This document shows positions 9,313 to 19,520 of a DNA stretch of 64,000 nucleotides, piece after piece; the stretch's first letter is position 1; every line of letters begins with the position of its first letter. The notes beneath the pieces were generated by a model. The model had not been told where the DNA came from. It saw only the letters and a program-made list of their open reading frames with translations, and did not search any database. Location: assembly GCA_048938025.1 (NCBI GenBank), contig JBHLMP010000013.1:1-64000 (forward strand), given 5' to 3'. The DNA comes from Promethearchaeota archaeon (GTDB taxonomy: Archaea; Asgardarchaeota; Lokiarchaeia; Sigyniarchaeales; SOKP01). The translations under genes and the position numbers were made by a program.

Positions 9313-9431
9313 GCGCTCTTAGTATAGTGGTAACCCTCTTGGGCTATAAAGTATGCCAGGTTGCCAACCTAAATCAAGACTTAACGTCTAGGTTGTTGAT
9401 GGCGACCCGGGTTCAATTCCCGGAGGGCGCA
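9313..9431 (+). tRNA. tRNA-Gly(GCC) with two introns (D-loop about 9333-9349; anticodon stem 41/42, 9371-9400)
   Basis: Acceptor GCGCTCT/AGGGCGC+A, T-arm CCGGG-TTCAATT-CCCGG, anticodon arm CCAGG-TTGCCAA-CCT|GG after intron removal; BHB motifs at the junctions. Confidence 0.9.
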
Positions 9432-9527
9432 TCTTTTTTCTCAATACCTATTATATCCTTCCCCTCATAATTTTTTCCTTATAATTCTAAAAAATAAAAA
9501 AATAGCAATATAAATTTTAATTTTCAG

Positions 9528-9580
9528 TTATAACTACAAATCACCAAAAGTAGTGAATATTTATATATTTGTAGTTATAA
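9528..9580. promoter_or_regulatory. 14-bp perfect inverted repeat bracketing the fic TATA box; putative operator
   Basis: TTATAACTACAAAT (9528-9541) / ATTTGTAGTTATAA (9567-9580); TTTATATA at 9560-9567; ATG at 9590. Confidence 0.65.
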
Positions 9581-9589
9581 TTATTAATT

Positions 9590-10477
9590 ATGGTAAAAGT
9601 AATTTCTAGAATAGTTAAAGGAAAAAAATATCATTATTTATCACATTCATATAGAGAAGGAGGAAAAGTCCTTCATATAGAGAAGTATTTAGGTAACGAA
9701 TTACCTTCACTTGAAGAATTAGCTTTTATTAAAGATGATTTTAATTATGAAATCTTTCAAAAACGATGGGAATCTACTATTGAACAAATAAAAGAAAATT
9801 TCAGAAAAGAATTTGAATCGATGCCTAACCCAATTCAAGTAAAAGATTTGAGAAATTTTGGAGTTCATTTTACACATAATACAAATAGAATTGAAGGATC
9901 AAGTCTAACTCTTAAAGATGTCGCTTTAATTGTAGAAGATAATATTACTCCAAAAAACAAATCCACTAATGATATAATTGAAGCAAAATCTCACATGAGC
10001 GTTTATGAAGTTATGATTAATTCTGAAAGACAAATAGATTGGGAACTATTATTAGATTGGCATGAAAAAATATTTGAATTAACAAAACCAGAAATAGCAG
10101 GAATAATTAGAAGATACCCTGTTCAAATTATTAGGAGTAAATTTGTTCCTCCAATTGCAGGAATAGAAGAACTTTTAGATGATTTACTTAAATGGTATAA
10201 AGAAAATAAAAATAAATTAAATCCCGTATATCTTGCGTGTTTAATGCATTTTCGATTTGTATCAATTCATCCATTTGGAGATGGAAATGGTAGAATGTGC
10301 AGAATACTTATGAATTATATCTTATATAAAAATAAATATCCTATGTTTGATATAGAATATAAAGTCCGACAAAGCTATTATAACGCTTTAGAAAATGCAA
10401 ACTTAAAAGAAGATGAAATGCTTTTTATTCATTGGTTTTTTAGCAGGTACCTTAAAGCCAATAATAAATATTTATGA
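9590..10477 (+). CDS. Fic-family protein (class II, auto-inhibited)
   Basis: HPFGDGNGRMCR catalytic motif; TNRIEG inhibitory helix; basic beta-rich N-terminal domain. Confidence 0.92.
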   Translation: MVKVISRIVKGKKYHYLSHSYREGGKVLHIEKYLGNELPSLEELAFIKDDFNYEIFQKRWESTIEQIKENFRKEFESMPNPIQVKDLRNFGVHFTHNTNRIEGSSLTLKDVALIVEDNITPKNKSTNDIIEAKSHMSVYEVMINSERQIDWELLLDWHEKIFELTKPEIAGIIRRYPVQIIRSKFVPPIAGIEELLDDLLKWYKENKNKLNPVYLACLMHFRFVSIHPFGDGNGRMCRILMNYILYKNKYPMFDIEYKVRQSYYNALENANLKEDEMLFIHWFFSRYLKANNKYL

Positions 10478-10842
10478 GTATTCAAGGGATTAAATAATAT
10501 GTAATGATACATCCTTTTATTGGTGATCATATGTTCTACCTAAAGCTTATTAAAAGAAGTATATTCACCTAAATTCTTTTTTTTTATTTTTTAGTTACTT
10601 AATATCACCAAGATATTATGTAGAAATATAGAAAAAGTCGTGAAAGGTCTGTTTCACGAATATTATTCTGTTAAGTAAAAATAAAGAAAAAAATTTAGAT
10701 TTATATAAAAATTTAGATTTATTTTTTTAAAAATTTCATTTACGTATTTTGGAGTAAGAATGCTTATTTTCAAAATTCTTATTTATTAAAATAAAATCAA
10801 CACTATAAAGGATTAATAGTTTTATGAAAAAAATAAGGTTTT

Positions 10843-11691
10843 TTATAAAAATCCTAGGAGATCAGAGACCCCATCTATAGGAGGAACATCAAATTTAAAG
10901 TAATTTTTAACAATCTGTACTAAGAATTTTAGATAGGGTAATTTGATATTTTCATCATGAACTTTTACTAATTCATCAATGAGAATCTTAGATGAAACTA
11001 CCTTATCCTTATTGTTTTTGATGAGTTCTGTAATAGTTTTAGAATATTCATATGCTTTATGTATTTCATTTCTTAATAAAATTAAACCGGTCATCAAATC
11101 ATATTCAGACAAAAATTTTTCAGCAACAGTTTTTTCTACCTCTAATTTCTTTGGATCAATAACCTTATCTTTATCTTGTATTATATTCCTACCCTCAAGA
11201 ATTAGAAATTCTTTATAACTCTTCTTATTTGTTTTATAATCATCACTTGAAATGATTGTTATATCAATTTCAAATGAATTCTGCATAATATATTTGAAGA
11301 AATTCATGATATGGTTATAAAGAAACCCTAGATCAGAGATTAATATTATTTTTTTACCAAAAAATGTTGCTCTAATAACATGAGCAATTAGCAAAGCAGG
11401 TATATTTATTCTAATTAAATCAAAATCAATTGATTCAGTTTCAGGAACAATTCTGTCTTCAACTACTATTGCTGATGGATTAGCAGGTAATTGAATCTGA
11501 AAATCTGCCATGAAATAATCCCGTATTTGCATATTTCTATCTACATAAGCAATAAATGAATGTTCACAAATAATACCAACAGCTATATTGACTGCTAATA
11601 CTCCTTTTGAAACATTTTTTATTGCATCTTCTGAAATCTCTATTTTTCCTCTTGCTGAACAAGAGGGGCATCGAATTTCAAGTTTTGCCAT
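10843..11691 (-). CDS. Hypothetical protein with N-terminal CxxC...CxH zinc finger
   Basis: CPSC...ICEHSF; long ORF with typical composition. Confidence 0.65.
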   Translation of the reverse strand: MAKLEIRCPSCSARGKIEISEDAIKNVSKGVLAVNIAVGIICEHSFIAYVDRNMQIRDYFMADFQIQLPANPSAIVVEDRIVPETESIDFDLIRINIPALLIAHVIRATFFGKKIILISDLGFLYNHIMNFFKYIMQNSFEIDITIISSDDYKTNKKSYKEFLILEGRNIIQDKDKVIDPKKLEVEKTVAEKFLSEYDLMTGLILLRNEIHKAYEYSKTITELIKNNKDKVVSSKILIDELVKVHDENIKLPYLKFLVQIVKNYFKFDVPPIDGVSDLLGFL

Positions 11692-11839
11692 CTTTTTCCA
11701 AAATTAAAAACTTTTTGATATTTTCTTCTTATTTAGAATTTCTAGTATTAATTAATCTTTTTTATTTATATTAAATTTTGTAATATTAATATTTAAATTT
11801 GCTATCTAAATTTTCCAATAGCTTAATGTAATTAATTAT

Positions 11840-12319
11840 TTAATATTTTTGTACTCTAGCGTACTTCTTTTCTATAAGATTAGCGATAAGTAAACATATT
11901 ACTGCGCTCAAATTTTCAGCTGTTAAGAATGACAGGCTATTATTTAAAAATAGAACACAGATATAGTATGAACTAAAAAATATAGCAAGAAAAATAAAAC
12001 AAGTTATTAATAAAGGTTTAGTTATTGGAAAATCTAAGAAAAGCCTCAATTTTGAACGTTTATTCCTTAATTTCTTAAATTGGCTTTTCAATTTCTCTCT
12101 TCTCTCCACTTGAGCATAACTTTCGAAAATTATTATTGTAGAAAAAAATAACGCAACAGTGATTCCTATAGGAATTAATATTACTACAAAATAATTGCCA
12201 ATACCTAGCAGATATTGAGCTATAAAAATAAAAAATAATTGGAACATTCCGCACATACCTAACAGAAGTAGGGCAATTCCAAAAAATTCCTTTGATAACC
12301 AACGAATTCTAATCGGCAT
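11840..12319 (-). CDS. Hypothetical 4-TM membrane protein
   Basis: Two pairs of hydrophobic helices separated by a basic loop; directly downstream of tRNA-Val. Confidence 0.65.
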   Translation of the reverse strand: MPIRIRWLSKEFFGIALLLLGMCGMFQLFFIFIAQYLLGIGNYFVVILIPIGITVALFFSTIIIFESYAQVERREKLKSQFKKLRNKRSKLRLFLDFPITKPLLITCFIFLAIFFSSYYICVLFLNNSLSFLTAENLSAVICLLIANLIEKKYARVQKY

Positions 12320-12350
12320 TTTTTTTTTTACTTCATTTTTACTTTTTTAG

Positions 12351-12422
12351 TGGGCCAAGGGAGGATTGAACTCCCGACCTTCCGCACGTCAAGCGGACGT
12401 CATACCACTAGACCATTGGCCC
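12351..12422 (-). tRNA. tRNA-Val(GAC), intronless
   Basis: Reverse complement GGGCCAA...TCCGC-TTGACGT-GCGGA...GGGAG-TTCAATC-CTCCC-TTGGCCC-A. Confidence 0.95.
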
Positions 12423-12582
12423 AATTTCGAATTATTGAAATTAATAATAAGTAATTTATATTACTAAAAAATAAATATTTTATTAAAATCATAAAGGTTT
12501 ACTAATATTTCTAAACACTAAGAGTTTCCTTACTTTTTCGTTATACTAATTAGTAATATTAAAAAAAAAATAAAAAATAATT

Positions 12583-13803
12583 TTATGGTTTCTTTTCTCG
12601 CAGGGCTTTAATCATAGGTAAGTCCTTTCCGGAAAGGATCTCTAACATAGCACCCCCAGCAGTAGAAATAAAGGAAACCTCATCTGCTTTACCAGCCATA
12701 GAAGCAGCAGCACCCATTTCTCCTCCTCCTATAATAGTAAGGGCATTATTTTTCTTTGTTGCCTTGACCATTGCATCTATCATTTCATTTGTAGCCTCCC
12801 TGAATACCTCTTTCTCAAAAATTCCAGGAGGACCATTTGCCACAATAGTTTTGCACTGCATTATGTAATCTTTGAATTTTTTTACGGTTTTAGGACCAAT
12901 ATCTCCAGTAGTAGTATTATATTTCCCTGCTTCATCAACCTTAATTACCTTTCTTTTACCATTATCATCGATTATTAAGTCTTCAGGGAGAATAATCTTA
13001 TGTTTATAACTTTCATAAGTTTCTTTAATCATATCTTTATTTTCCTCTAAATCCTTAACAATGATTTTACGGTTTGGTTCTCCCATATCTTTACCTAATG
13101 TTTCAAAGATCAGGATTGCTGTTAGACCGGAGCATAGAGCATAATCTAATTTATCATTGTCAAAATTATATTTCATTGCTTTAAATTTATCTATTGCTTT
13201 TGCGCCTCCAATGAGCATAGCCATCGGTCTGGCTGGTTCATCCATAATCTTCTTTAAGGTAAATAATTCTTGAGCAGTAATAGGGCCTGCTAACATTTTT
13301 GGCCATCCCACTATCGATACATGAGCTCTGTGAGCAGCACCAAAAGCATCAACGATTACATAATCTACTAATGGATACAAAGTTTTGATCATTTCTGTAT
13401 TGGCAGCCTCTTCAAATGATTTATATTTTGCCATTTCTCCCTCCCACTTCCTAACATTATTTAAAACGAGAACTTCTCCAGGTTTAAGATCTTTAATTGC
13501 TTGAACTGCTTTCTCACCAAATATATCTTCCACAAATTTAACAGGACGTCCTAATTGCTTTTCAATTTCCTTAGCATGAATGTCTAAATTAGTAAAATCT
13601 TTTTCTCCTGGACGTGATTGATGTGCCATAATAATAACTGCACAATCTTTTAATTCATCTAAAGCAGGGATTAGAGCTCTAATTCTCGGTGAATCTCGTA
13701 TCTCCATTTTTTCTATATCAATGTTGGAGTTGATATCAACACGCATTAATACTTTTTTACCTTTTAAATCTACATCCTTGTAAGATGTATAGTCAATCTT
13801 CAT
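12583..13803 (-). CDS. pgk: Phosphoglycerate kinase (archaeal type)
   Basis: RVDIN, AHQSRPG, DAFGAAHRAH, NGPPGIFE, STAGGA. Confidence 0.95.
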   Translation of the reverse strand: MKIDYTSYKDVDLKGKKVLMRVDINSNIDIEKMEIRDSPRIRALIPALDELKDCAVIIMAHQSRPGEKDFTNLDIHAKEIEKQLGRPVKFVEDIFGEKAVQAIKDLKPGEVLVLNNVRKWEGEMAKYKSFEEAANTEMIKTLYPLVDYVIVDAFGAAHRAHVSIVGWPKMLAGPITAQELFTLKKIMDEPARPMAMLIGGAKAIDKFKAMKYNFDNDKLDYALCSGLTAILIFETLGKDMGEPNRKIIVKDLEENKDMIKETYESYKHKIILPEDLIIDDNGKRKVIKVDEAGKYNTTTGDIGPKTVKKFKDYIMQCKTIVANGPPGIFEKEVFREATNEMIDAMVKATKKNNALTIIGGGEMGAAASMAGKADEVSFISTAGGAMLEILSGKDLPMIKALREKKP

Positions 13804-13917
13804 TTATCTCTTCACTTTAATCTAGGATTATATATTGATAGAATAGTAAATAATAATTATTTTGAATTGTTATTATCTTTTTTTAAATTTAAAAATTGAA
13901 TCTAAAATAACACAATT

Positions 13918-14667
13918 TCATTCAATATCTTGCATTATGTAGAAAACGTATCCATAATATTCAGAATATTTTCTAAACATATCAATTTCTATTAATTCCT
14001 CATCAAGTTGCTTTTCTACTTCTTCATTCCCTTGATATTTTTCCTTTAATTTATTAATTCTAACCTCAAGAGGGATATAATAATTCTCCCACCAACTAGT
14101 TTCTGGTAAAATAAAACATGAGATTAAACCATATCCATATTTCATAATCCTATCCTTATTTTCTTCAATTGTTTTTATATCAGGGTAAGCATCATTCCAG
14201 AAATCTCTAATTTCAGCTGGGGGATTATTTTTTAACCATGAGGCTTCACTTACCACAATATAACCTTTTTTTTTCAAAAAAATATACCAATCTTTTAATG
14301 CTTTCTCAAATCCATATATATAAACTGCTCCTTCAGACCAGATTACATCAAATTGCTCTTTTTCAAAATTCATTTTAAACATAGACTTATTTATTGTATC
14401 AATTTTATCTCGAACTCCAGCGTTTTGAGCACGCTTGTTTAACTCATCTAAAAATGGTTGATGTGTATCTATAGCGTAAATCTTCCCATCAATTAATTTC
14501 GACAACTGTATTGTCTGCATTCCAGGTCCACATCCAATATCCAAAATAATTGGATTTGAAGGTAAACTTTCTAAAAATTTGAAAGCTTTTCGTGTCGATT
14601 CATTATCCCCGGGAGCTTCTCTAGGTAAATTTTTATGTATTTCAAAAAAAATCTCCAATTTAAACAT
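13918..14667 (-). CDS. Class I SAM-dependent methyltransferase
   Basis: ILDIGCGPG, FDVIWSEGA. Confidence 0.9.
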   Translation of the reverse strand: MFKLEIFFEIHKNLPREAPGDNESTRKAFKFLESLPSNPIILDIGCGPGMQTIQLSKLIDGKIYAIDTHQPFLDELNKRAQNAGVRDKIDTINKSMFKMNFEKEQFDVIWSEGAVYIYGFEKALKDWYIFLKKKGYIVVSEASWLKNNPPAEIRDFWNDAYPDIKTIEENKDRIMKYGYGLISCFILPETSWWENYYIPLEVRINKLKEKYQGNEEVEKQLDEELIEIDMFRKYSEYYGYVFYIMQDIE

Positions 14668-14822
14668 CTACTTTTTATCTATGAGTAATTTTACAAAATT
14701 AAAAAAAAGAATGATTTACAAATTGTTAAAGCACAAAATATAAGTAATTGTTTTGAATTTTATTAAACCATTAATATTTCAATTGGTTTAAATATAGAAT
14801 TATTTGATAATATGAAGAAAAA

Positions 14823-15602
14823 ATGGATAATCGAAGAAATATACTTAAACTTCTAACCGAAAAGAAAATAACTATTGAAGAAGCTGAGAAGTTTTTAAAA
14901 GCTAATGCTATTCTAGAAGTTGGTGATTTAGCTAAATTAGACATTTTTCGCAAAGTAAGAACAGGTGTCCCTGAAGTTATATATGCTCATAAAAAATCTA
15001 ATGAAATGATTATAGGTATTATCAAACCATTTTTAGAGAGTAATCAATTTGCTATTATATCTCGCTATAATGAAAATCAAAAAGAATTTATACTAAAATA
15101 CTTTGAAGATAACGAGGATATTGATATAGATATAAATGAATTGGGTAAAATAATAACTATTAGACAAAAACTTTTTGAGTTTGAGAAAAGAAATGGAATA
15201 ATAGGGATCATAACTGCAGGTAGTTCTGACATTCCGGTAGCAGAGGAAGCAAAAGTAATCGCAGAAGCTATGGGCTGTAAAGTCTTAACTAGTTATGATG
15301 TGGGAATAGCAGGTATACATCGAATATTTTCACCATTAAGTGAAATGATTAAAAAAGAGGTAAATGTATTTATTGTATGCGCAGGTATGGAGGGTACTTT
15401 ACCTGGTGTTGTTGCGGCTCTAACTGATATCCCAGTAATTGGGATTCCTGTTTCTAGTGGATATGGATTAGGAGAAAAGGGAATTGGAGCATTAACAACA
15501 ATGCTACAATCATGTTCACCTGGGTTATTAATTGTAAATATAGATAATGGATTTGGTGCTGGCGCTTCAGCAGCAATTATAGCTAATAAAATAGCTGAAT
15601 GA
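14823..15602 (+). CDS. larB: Nickel-pincer cofactor biosynthesis protein LarB
   Basis: RTGVPEVIY, TAGSSDIPVAEEA, DVGIAGIHR, AGMEGTLP, VNIDNGFGA. Confidence 0.92.
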   Translation: MDNRRNILKLLTEKKITIEEAEKFLKANAILEVGDLAKLDIFRKVRTGVPEVIYAHKKSNEMIIGIIKPFLESNQFAIISRYNENQKEFILKYFEDNEDIDIDINELGKIITIRQKLFEFEKRNGIIGIITAGSSDIPVAEEAKVIAEAMGCKVLTSYDVGIAGIHRIFSPLSEMIKKEVNVFIVCAGMEGTLPGVVAALTDIPVIGIPVSSGYGLGEKGIGALTTMLQSCSPGLLIVNIDNGFGAGASAAIIANKIAE

Positions 15603-15759
15603 TTTTAATTTATATTTAAGATGATAAAATATTCATAAGTCTGACTATACATTAAATAGCGAATATTATCATTTTAGTTTAAGCCAGTTAGAAAAATTAT
15701 TTAAATATTCAAATTTAAATTTCTTTTAATAATTATAAAAAATACAAATTTTATGAAAA

Positions 15760-16434
15760 GTGAAATTTATGAACCCAACAGATGCTTCATTAGAAGCACT
15801 ATCTAGACTTCGCGAATTAAATTCAGAATTAGGATGGTATGTTATTCCACTACTTGCTATAGTGTTATATATTTATGGTGTGGAAATTAAAGCAGCAAGA
15901 GACACAGGAAATTGGAGCACGATATTTGCTGGGTTAACTATATTAGGTCTAGATTTGATTAATGAAATCTGGAATGGACTTATTTTTGCCTTTACTAATT
16001 TCTCCGCTTTTTGGACTACACCTGGAGCGAGTGCATATATTATTTTAATTGGATGGAATATTGAAATTGCTTTTATGTTTTCTATTGCAGGTATAATATT
16101 TGCTAAGTTTTTACCAGATGAGAAAAACAAGAAAATACTTGGACTTCCTAATCGATGGGCTATGGCAATTGGTTTTACCATCTTTTGTGTTATTGTTGAA
16201 ATTTTCCTGAATTGGGGTAATTATTTAGTTTGGGAATATCCTTGGTGGCATTGGTATAATCCAATTTTAATCTTTTTAATTGGATATTTTTATTTCTTTG
16301 TAGGGGCTTTTTATGTATATGATTTACCAGATAGAAAGAAAAAAGCTAGAGTAGTTGGAATAATCTATGCAATAGGTATTGTGCTATTATGCATTTTTTT
16401 ACCACTAGGTATCGCTGGAATAATCAAATTTTAA
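15760..16434 (+). CDS. Hypothetical Trp-rich polytopic membrane protein
   Basis: About 6 TM helices with intramembrane D/E (DLINEIWN, NIEIAFMF, VEIFLN). Confidence 0.7.
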   Translation: MKFMNPTDASLEALSRLRELNSELGWYVIPLLAIVLYIYGVEIKAARDTGNWSTIFAGLTILGLDLINEIWNGLIFAFTNFSAFWTTPGASAYIILIGWNIEIAFMFSIAGIIFAKFLPDEKNKKILGLPNRWAMAIGFTIFCVIVEIFLNWGNYLVWEYPWWHWYNPILIFLIGYFYFFVGAFYVYDLPDRKKKARVVGIIYAIGIVLLCIFLPLGIAGIIKF

Positions 16435-16707
16435 TATATTTATTCCTATTTTTTTTATTTTAGCTTAAATCATTTAATTAAACATATTTTTAATTAAATA
16501 TCTAAATGTTTAATGAATTTTTTTGCTCCAAATAAAGGACTAGATTATTAAAAATTTTCTCTCTTTTTGATATCTTGCCCCTTATAGTTTAAGATAGATA
16601 ACTATATATATATAAATTAATATAATTATAATTGAACTTATTTTTGTAAATTTTAAAATATCAAATCTAACGAAAAACAATTCTAATGATAAGTAGTTGA
16701 GACCCAA

Positions 16708-17250
16708 ATGGTCGCTTCTATAGATAGTAATGAACTTTTTGAAAGATCTAAAAAGTTTTTTGAAAATGGAGACATTGATAATACAATAGAAACCTATGAA
16801 AAAGCCATTCATAACATTGATCGCTCAAAACTAAAAAATAAACAAGATTATCTTCAATTTTTAGAAACTATTTTAAAACATTGTAAAGATAATGGTTTAC
16901 AAGAACAAGAAGCCCTTGTTTTAAGAACTTTAGGTAGAACTCATTCGATTTTTAAACAATATCCTGAAAGTATGAAATACCATTACCAATCACTTAAAAT
17001 TCAAAAAAAATTAGGAAAACAATTAGAAGTAGCTGAAGGATTAGTATTTCTTGCTGAGGACCTTGAGATTTCTGGAAACTTTGATAAAAGCATTGAAACT
17101 TTCCAAGAAGCATCAGAAGTATTTCAAAAATTAGGTAAATTGAGAAAAATAAAGGAAATAAAGAAAGAGATTTCCCGATTAGAAGCTTTTTCAAAAGACA
17201 TGGTTGAAGACGAATATTTATTACATAAATTCAATATTGATAAATATTAG
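16708..17250 (+). CDS. TPR-repeat protein
   Basis: EALVLRTLG...SMKYHYQSLKI, GNFDKSIETFQEA repeats. Confidence 0.75.
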   Translation: MVASIDSNELFERSKKFFENGDIDNTIETYEKAIHNIDRSKLKNKQDYLQFLETILKHCKDNGLQEQEALVLRTLGRTHSIFKQYPESMKYHYQSLKIQKKLGKQLEVAEGLVFLAEDLEISGNFDKSIETFQEASEVFQKLGKLRKIKEIKKEISRLEAFSKDMVEDEYLLHKFNIDKY

Positions 17251-17332
17251 ACACAAAAATAAACCTTAAATTAATTTTTAAACTCTATTTTTTTTACTTT
17301 TTTTTTCCAAATATATATTTTAATTTTTGGAT

Positions 17333-18631
17333 TTACTTATTATTTAAAATCTGTTTTACTTGCGATTTTGCAATAGTTTGTAGCTTTTTAACTGTTAACC
17401 CAGAGAGTTCACTAATCCTTTTTAGGTCTTCATATTCTGGTTTTATATTAACGATTTCTTTTCCCTTTGCTGATTCTATATATGAAATTTTAAAATTTAA
17501 ATCAAAATTTTTTCCATTAATTTCAATCATTTGTTTTTCTATCTTTCTATCAATGCAAACACGTTTTATAGTAGTGAACCTTACACCTAAAGTACCCAAT
17601 TCTTTTATAATTTTTTCAATTATCTCGAATTTATATTTTGGATAACATAAAATTCTGATTATATGACTGGGTCTATTTTTCTTTGTTATACTAGGTGAAA
17701 TTTGCAAATCTAGGATTTTTTCTTTCTGGAAATTATTTATAAAATTACCAAGTACTTCACCAGACACGTCATCAACATCTGTTTCTAATACAGTTATTTG
17801 TTCAATATATTTATCAAATATATGCGATTCAGCTGATGTTCCTAATTCCTTACGTTCACCATAGAATAAACGTAGAATATTTAAGAAATTCTTAAAATTT
17901 TTTTGACCTGTACTATAAATTAACTTTATTAACTTCATTTCGGGGGGAAATCCTAAGAATTTTGGATTTAAATTTACTATTAACGCAGCTCCCGTAGGAG
18001 TCACTAACTCAGAATCAATTGGCCCTCCACGGATTATTAGATTAGATTTTTCTAAAATTTTTGCTGTTGCTGGAGCAGGAATGGGTAATAAACCATGTGC
18101 AGTATTAATTGTACCACTTCCTAAAGGTATTTCACTACAAAATACCTTGAAATTTTCATCAAAGCCATCTATTTTATCTAAGACAATAGCAACTCCTAAA
18201 ATATCAATCAGGGTATCTACAGAACTTAATTCATGTAAATGGATATTTTCATTTACTTCACTATGAACTTCTCCTTCTGCCTGAATCAATGAATTAAGAA
18301 CTTTATTAGCATAATTCTTAGCGGAATCAGTGACTTTTTGACTAGTTAAAAATTCATTCAAAGCATTCTGTAAGGTTTTAGCCGTTCTCCGATCTTTAGT
18401 TTCTTTTATATCAATTTTTAATTGATTTAATTGAATTCCGGAACGTTTGGGAGTTTCTAACCTAAAATCTAATTTTAATACACCAGATAAGTGCTTTTTT
18501 AGTTCTTTTAAATCATTTAATATAACAATTGGGTCTGGAACTAATCCTAAAAGAGAAGCAAGAAGCATATCTCCTGATATTCCGGAGTTAGTCATGTCAA
18601 TATATAAAAATTTCATTTTAACCTTAATCAC
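17333..18631 (-). CDS. larC: Nickel-pincer cofactor Ni insertase LarC
   Basis: SGISGDM, AEGEVH, HLHE, HGLLPIPAPAT, ELVTPTGAA, ETDVDD, TLGVR, KPEYED. Confidence 0.92.
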   Translation of the reverse strand: MIKVKMKFLYIDMTNSGISGDMLLASLLGLVPDPIVILNDLKELKKHLSGVLKLDFRLETPKRSGIQLNQLKIDIKETKDRRTAKTLQNALNEFLTSQKVTDSAKNYANKVLNSLIQAEGEVHSEVNENIHLHELSSVDTLIDILGVAIVLDKIDGFDENFKVFCSEIPLGSGTINTAHGLLPIPAPATAKILEKSNLIIRGGPIDSELVTPTGAALIVNLNPKFLGFPPEMKLIKLIYSTGQKNFKNFLNILRLFYGERKELGTSAESHIFDKYIEQITVLETDVDDVSGEVLGNFINNFQKEKILDLQISPSITKKNRPSHIIRILCYPKYKFEIIEKIIKELGTLGVRFTTIKRVCIDRKIEKQMIEINGKNFDLNFKISYIESAKGKEIVNIKPEYEDLKRISELSGLTVKKLQTIAKSQVKQILNNK

Positions 18632-18749
18632 AATTTATTCTAATAATTGATGAAAAAAGTGATAACAATTTTATTATTAAATTATTTCATTATTAATAAT
18701 ATTAAGAGTAAATAAAATAAATTAACTGTTTTAAATTTAGGGCACAAAC

Positions 18750-19484
18750 ATGAGTGAGCTTCAAACTATAAAATGCTATTTAACTCAATTACCCGCAACT
18801 CTATTAAAATTATTAAATATTGACCCTCCACTTGATACTATTCCAGAACCAATTGAATCTATTCTAAATATGTATCAAGGTATTGAACGAATAAGTATTA
18901 ATTTGATTGATAATTTCGGCTTGTTTGAAATTACATACCTTAAACCTCAATTTATGATAGCAAATTCTGAAGTAATGTTATTATTAAGTACAAAAAATCC
19001 ATACACTTTAGGAGTACTGCATCAATTAGTATATGGTGGTTTTGAAATTGAGCCAAATGGGTTTCATCTATTAAAAGAGATTAATGCAGCTGGGAAAACC
19101 TCATGTCTTATCGGGAGGAAAAAAGATTTAGAAAGATATGATGGTGGCACAAAATCTATTCCAAAAGATACAGACATGAGTACATGGGTGGAATCTGCAA
19201 AAGCTATTAATACACACGATCTTTCTTGGATGCATTATTTAGATTTTGAAAATCTACATAAACAGCAGCAGCAATTGAAGCAAAGAACACCTGAAGATTT
19301 GATTGAAAAATTAATAAACAGAACGGATAAATGGATCCTGAGTAATTATAAACAACTTAGGCCAAATTCATTAATGATTATTATTGGAGATCATGGACGG
19401 GTAAAACTTGATTTGGAGTATAGCGGAAAAATCGCACAATGGAGAGAAGCGAGTGTACCAATTGCTATTTTAATCAAAAAATAA
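18750..19484 (+). CDS. Compact, divergent alkaline-phosphatase-superfamily protein
   Basis: LIDNFG, HYLDFENLH, IIIGDHG mirror the AP/NPP core motifs but several ligands are altered. Confidence 0.55.
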   Translation: MSELQTIKCYLTQLPATLLKLLNIDPPLDTIPEPIESILNMYQGIERISINLIDNFGLFEITYLKPQFMIANSEVMLLLSTKNPYTLGVLHQLVYGGFEIEPNGFHLLKEINAAGKTSCLIGRKKDLERYDGGTKSIPKDTDMSTWVESAKAINTHDLSWMHYLDFENLHKQQQQLKQRTPEDLIEKLINRTDKWILSNYKQLRPNSLMIIIGDHGRVKLDLEYSGKIAQWREASVPIAILIKK

Positions 19485-19520
19485 TTTTTTCTAGTATATT
19501 TTAATAAATATGTAGTATGG

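Noticed and set aside
9432-12350. Integrated element between tRNA-Gly and tRNA-Val
   Set aside because: No integrase and no duplicated tRNA 3' end seen
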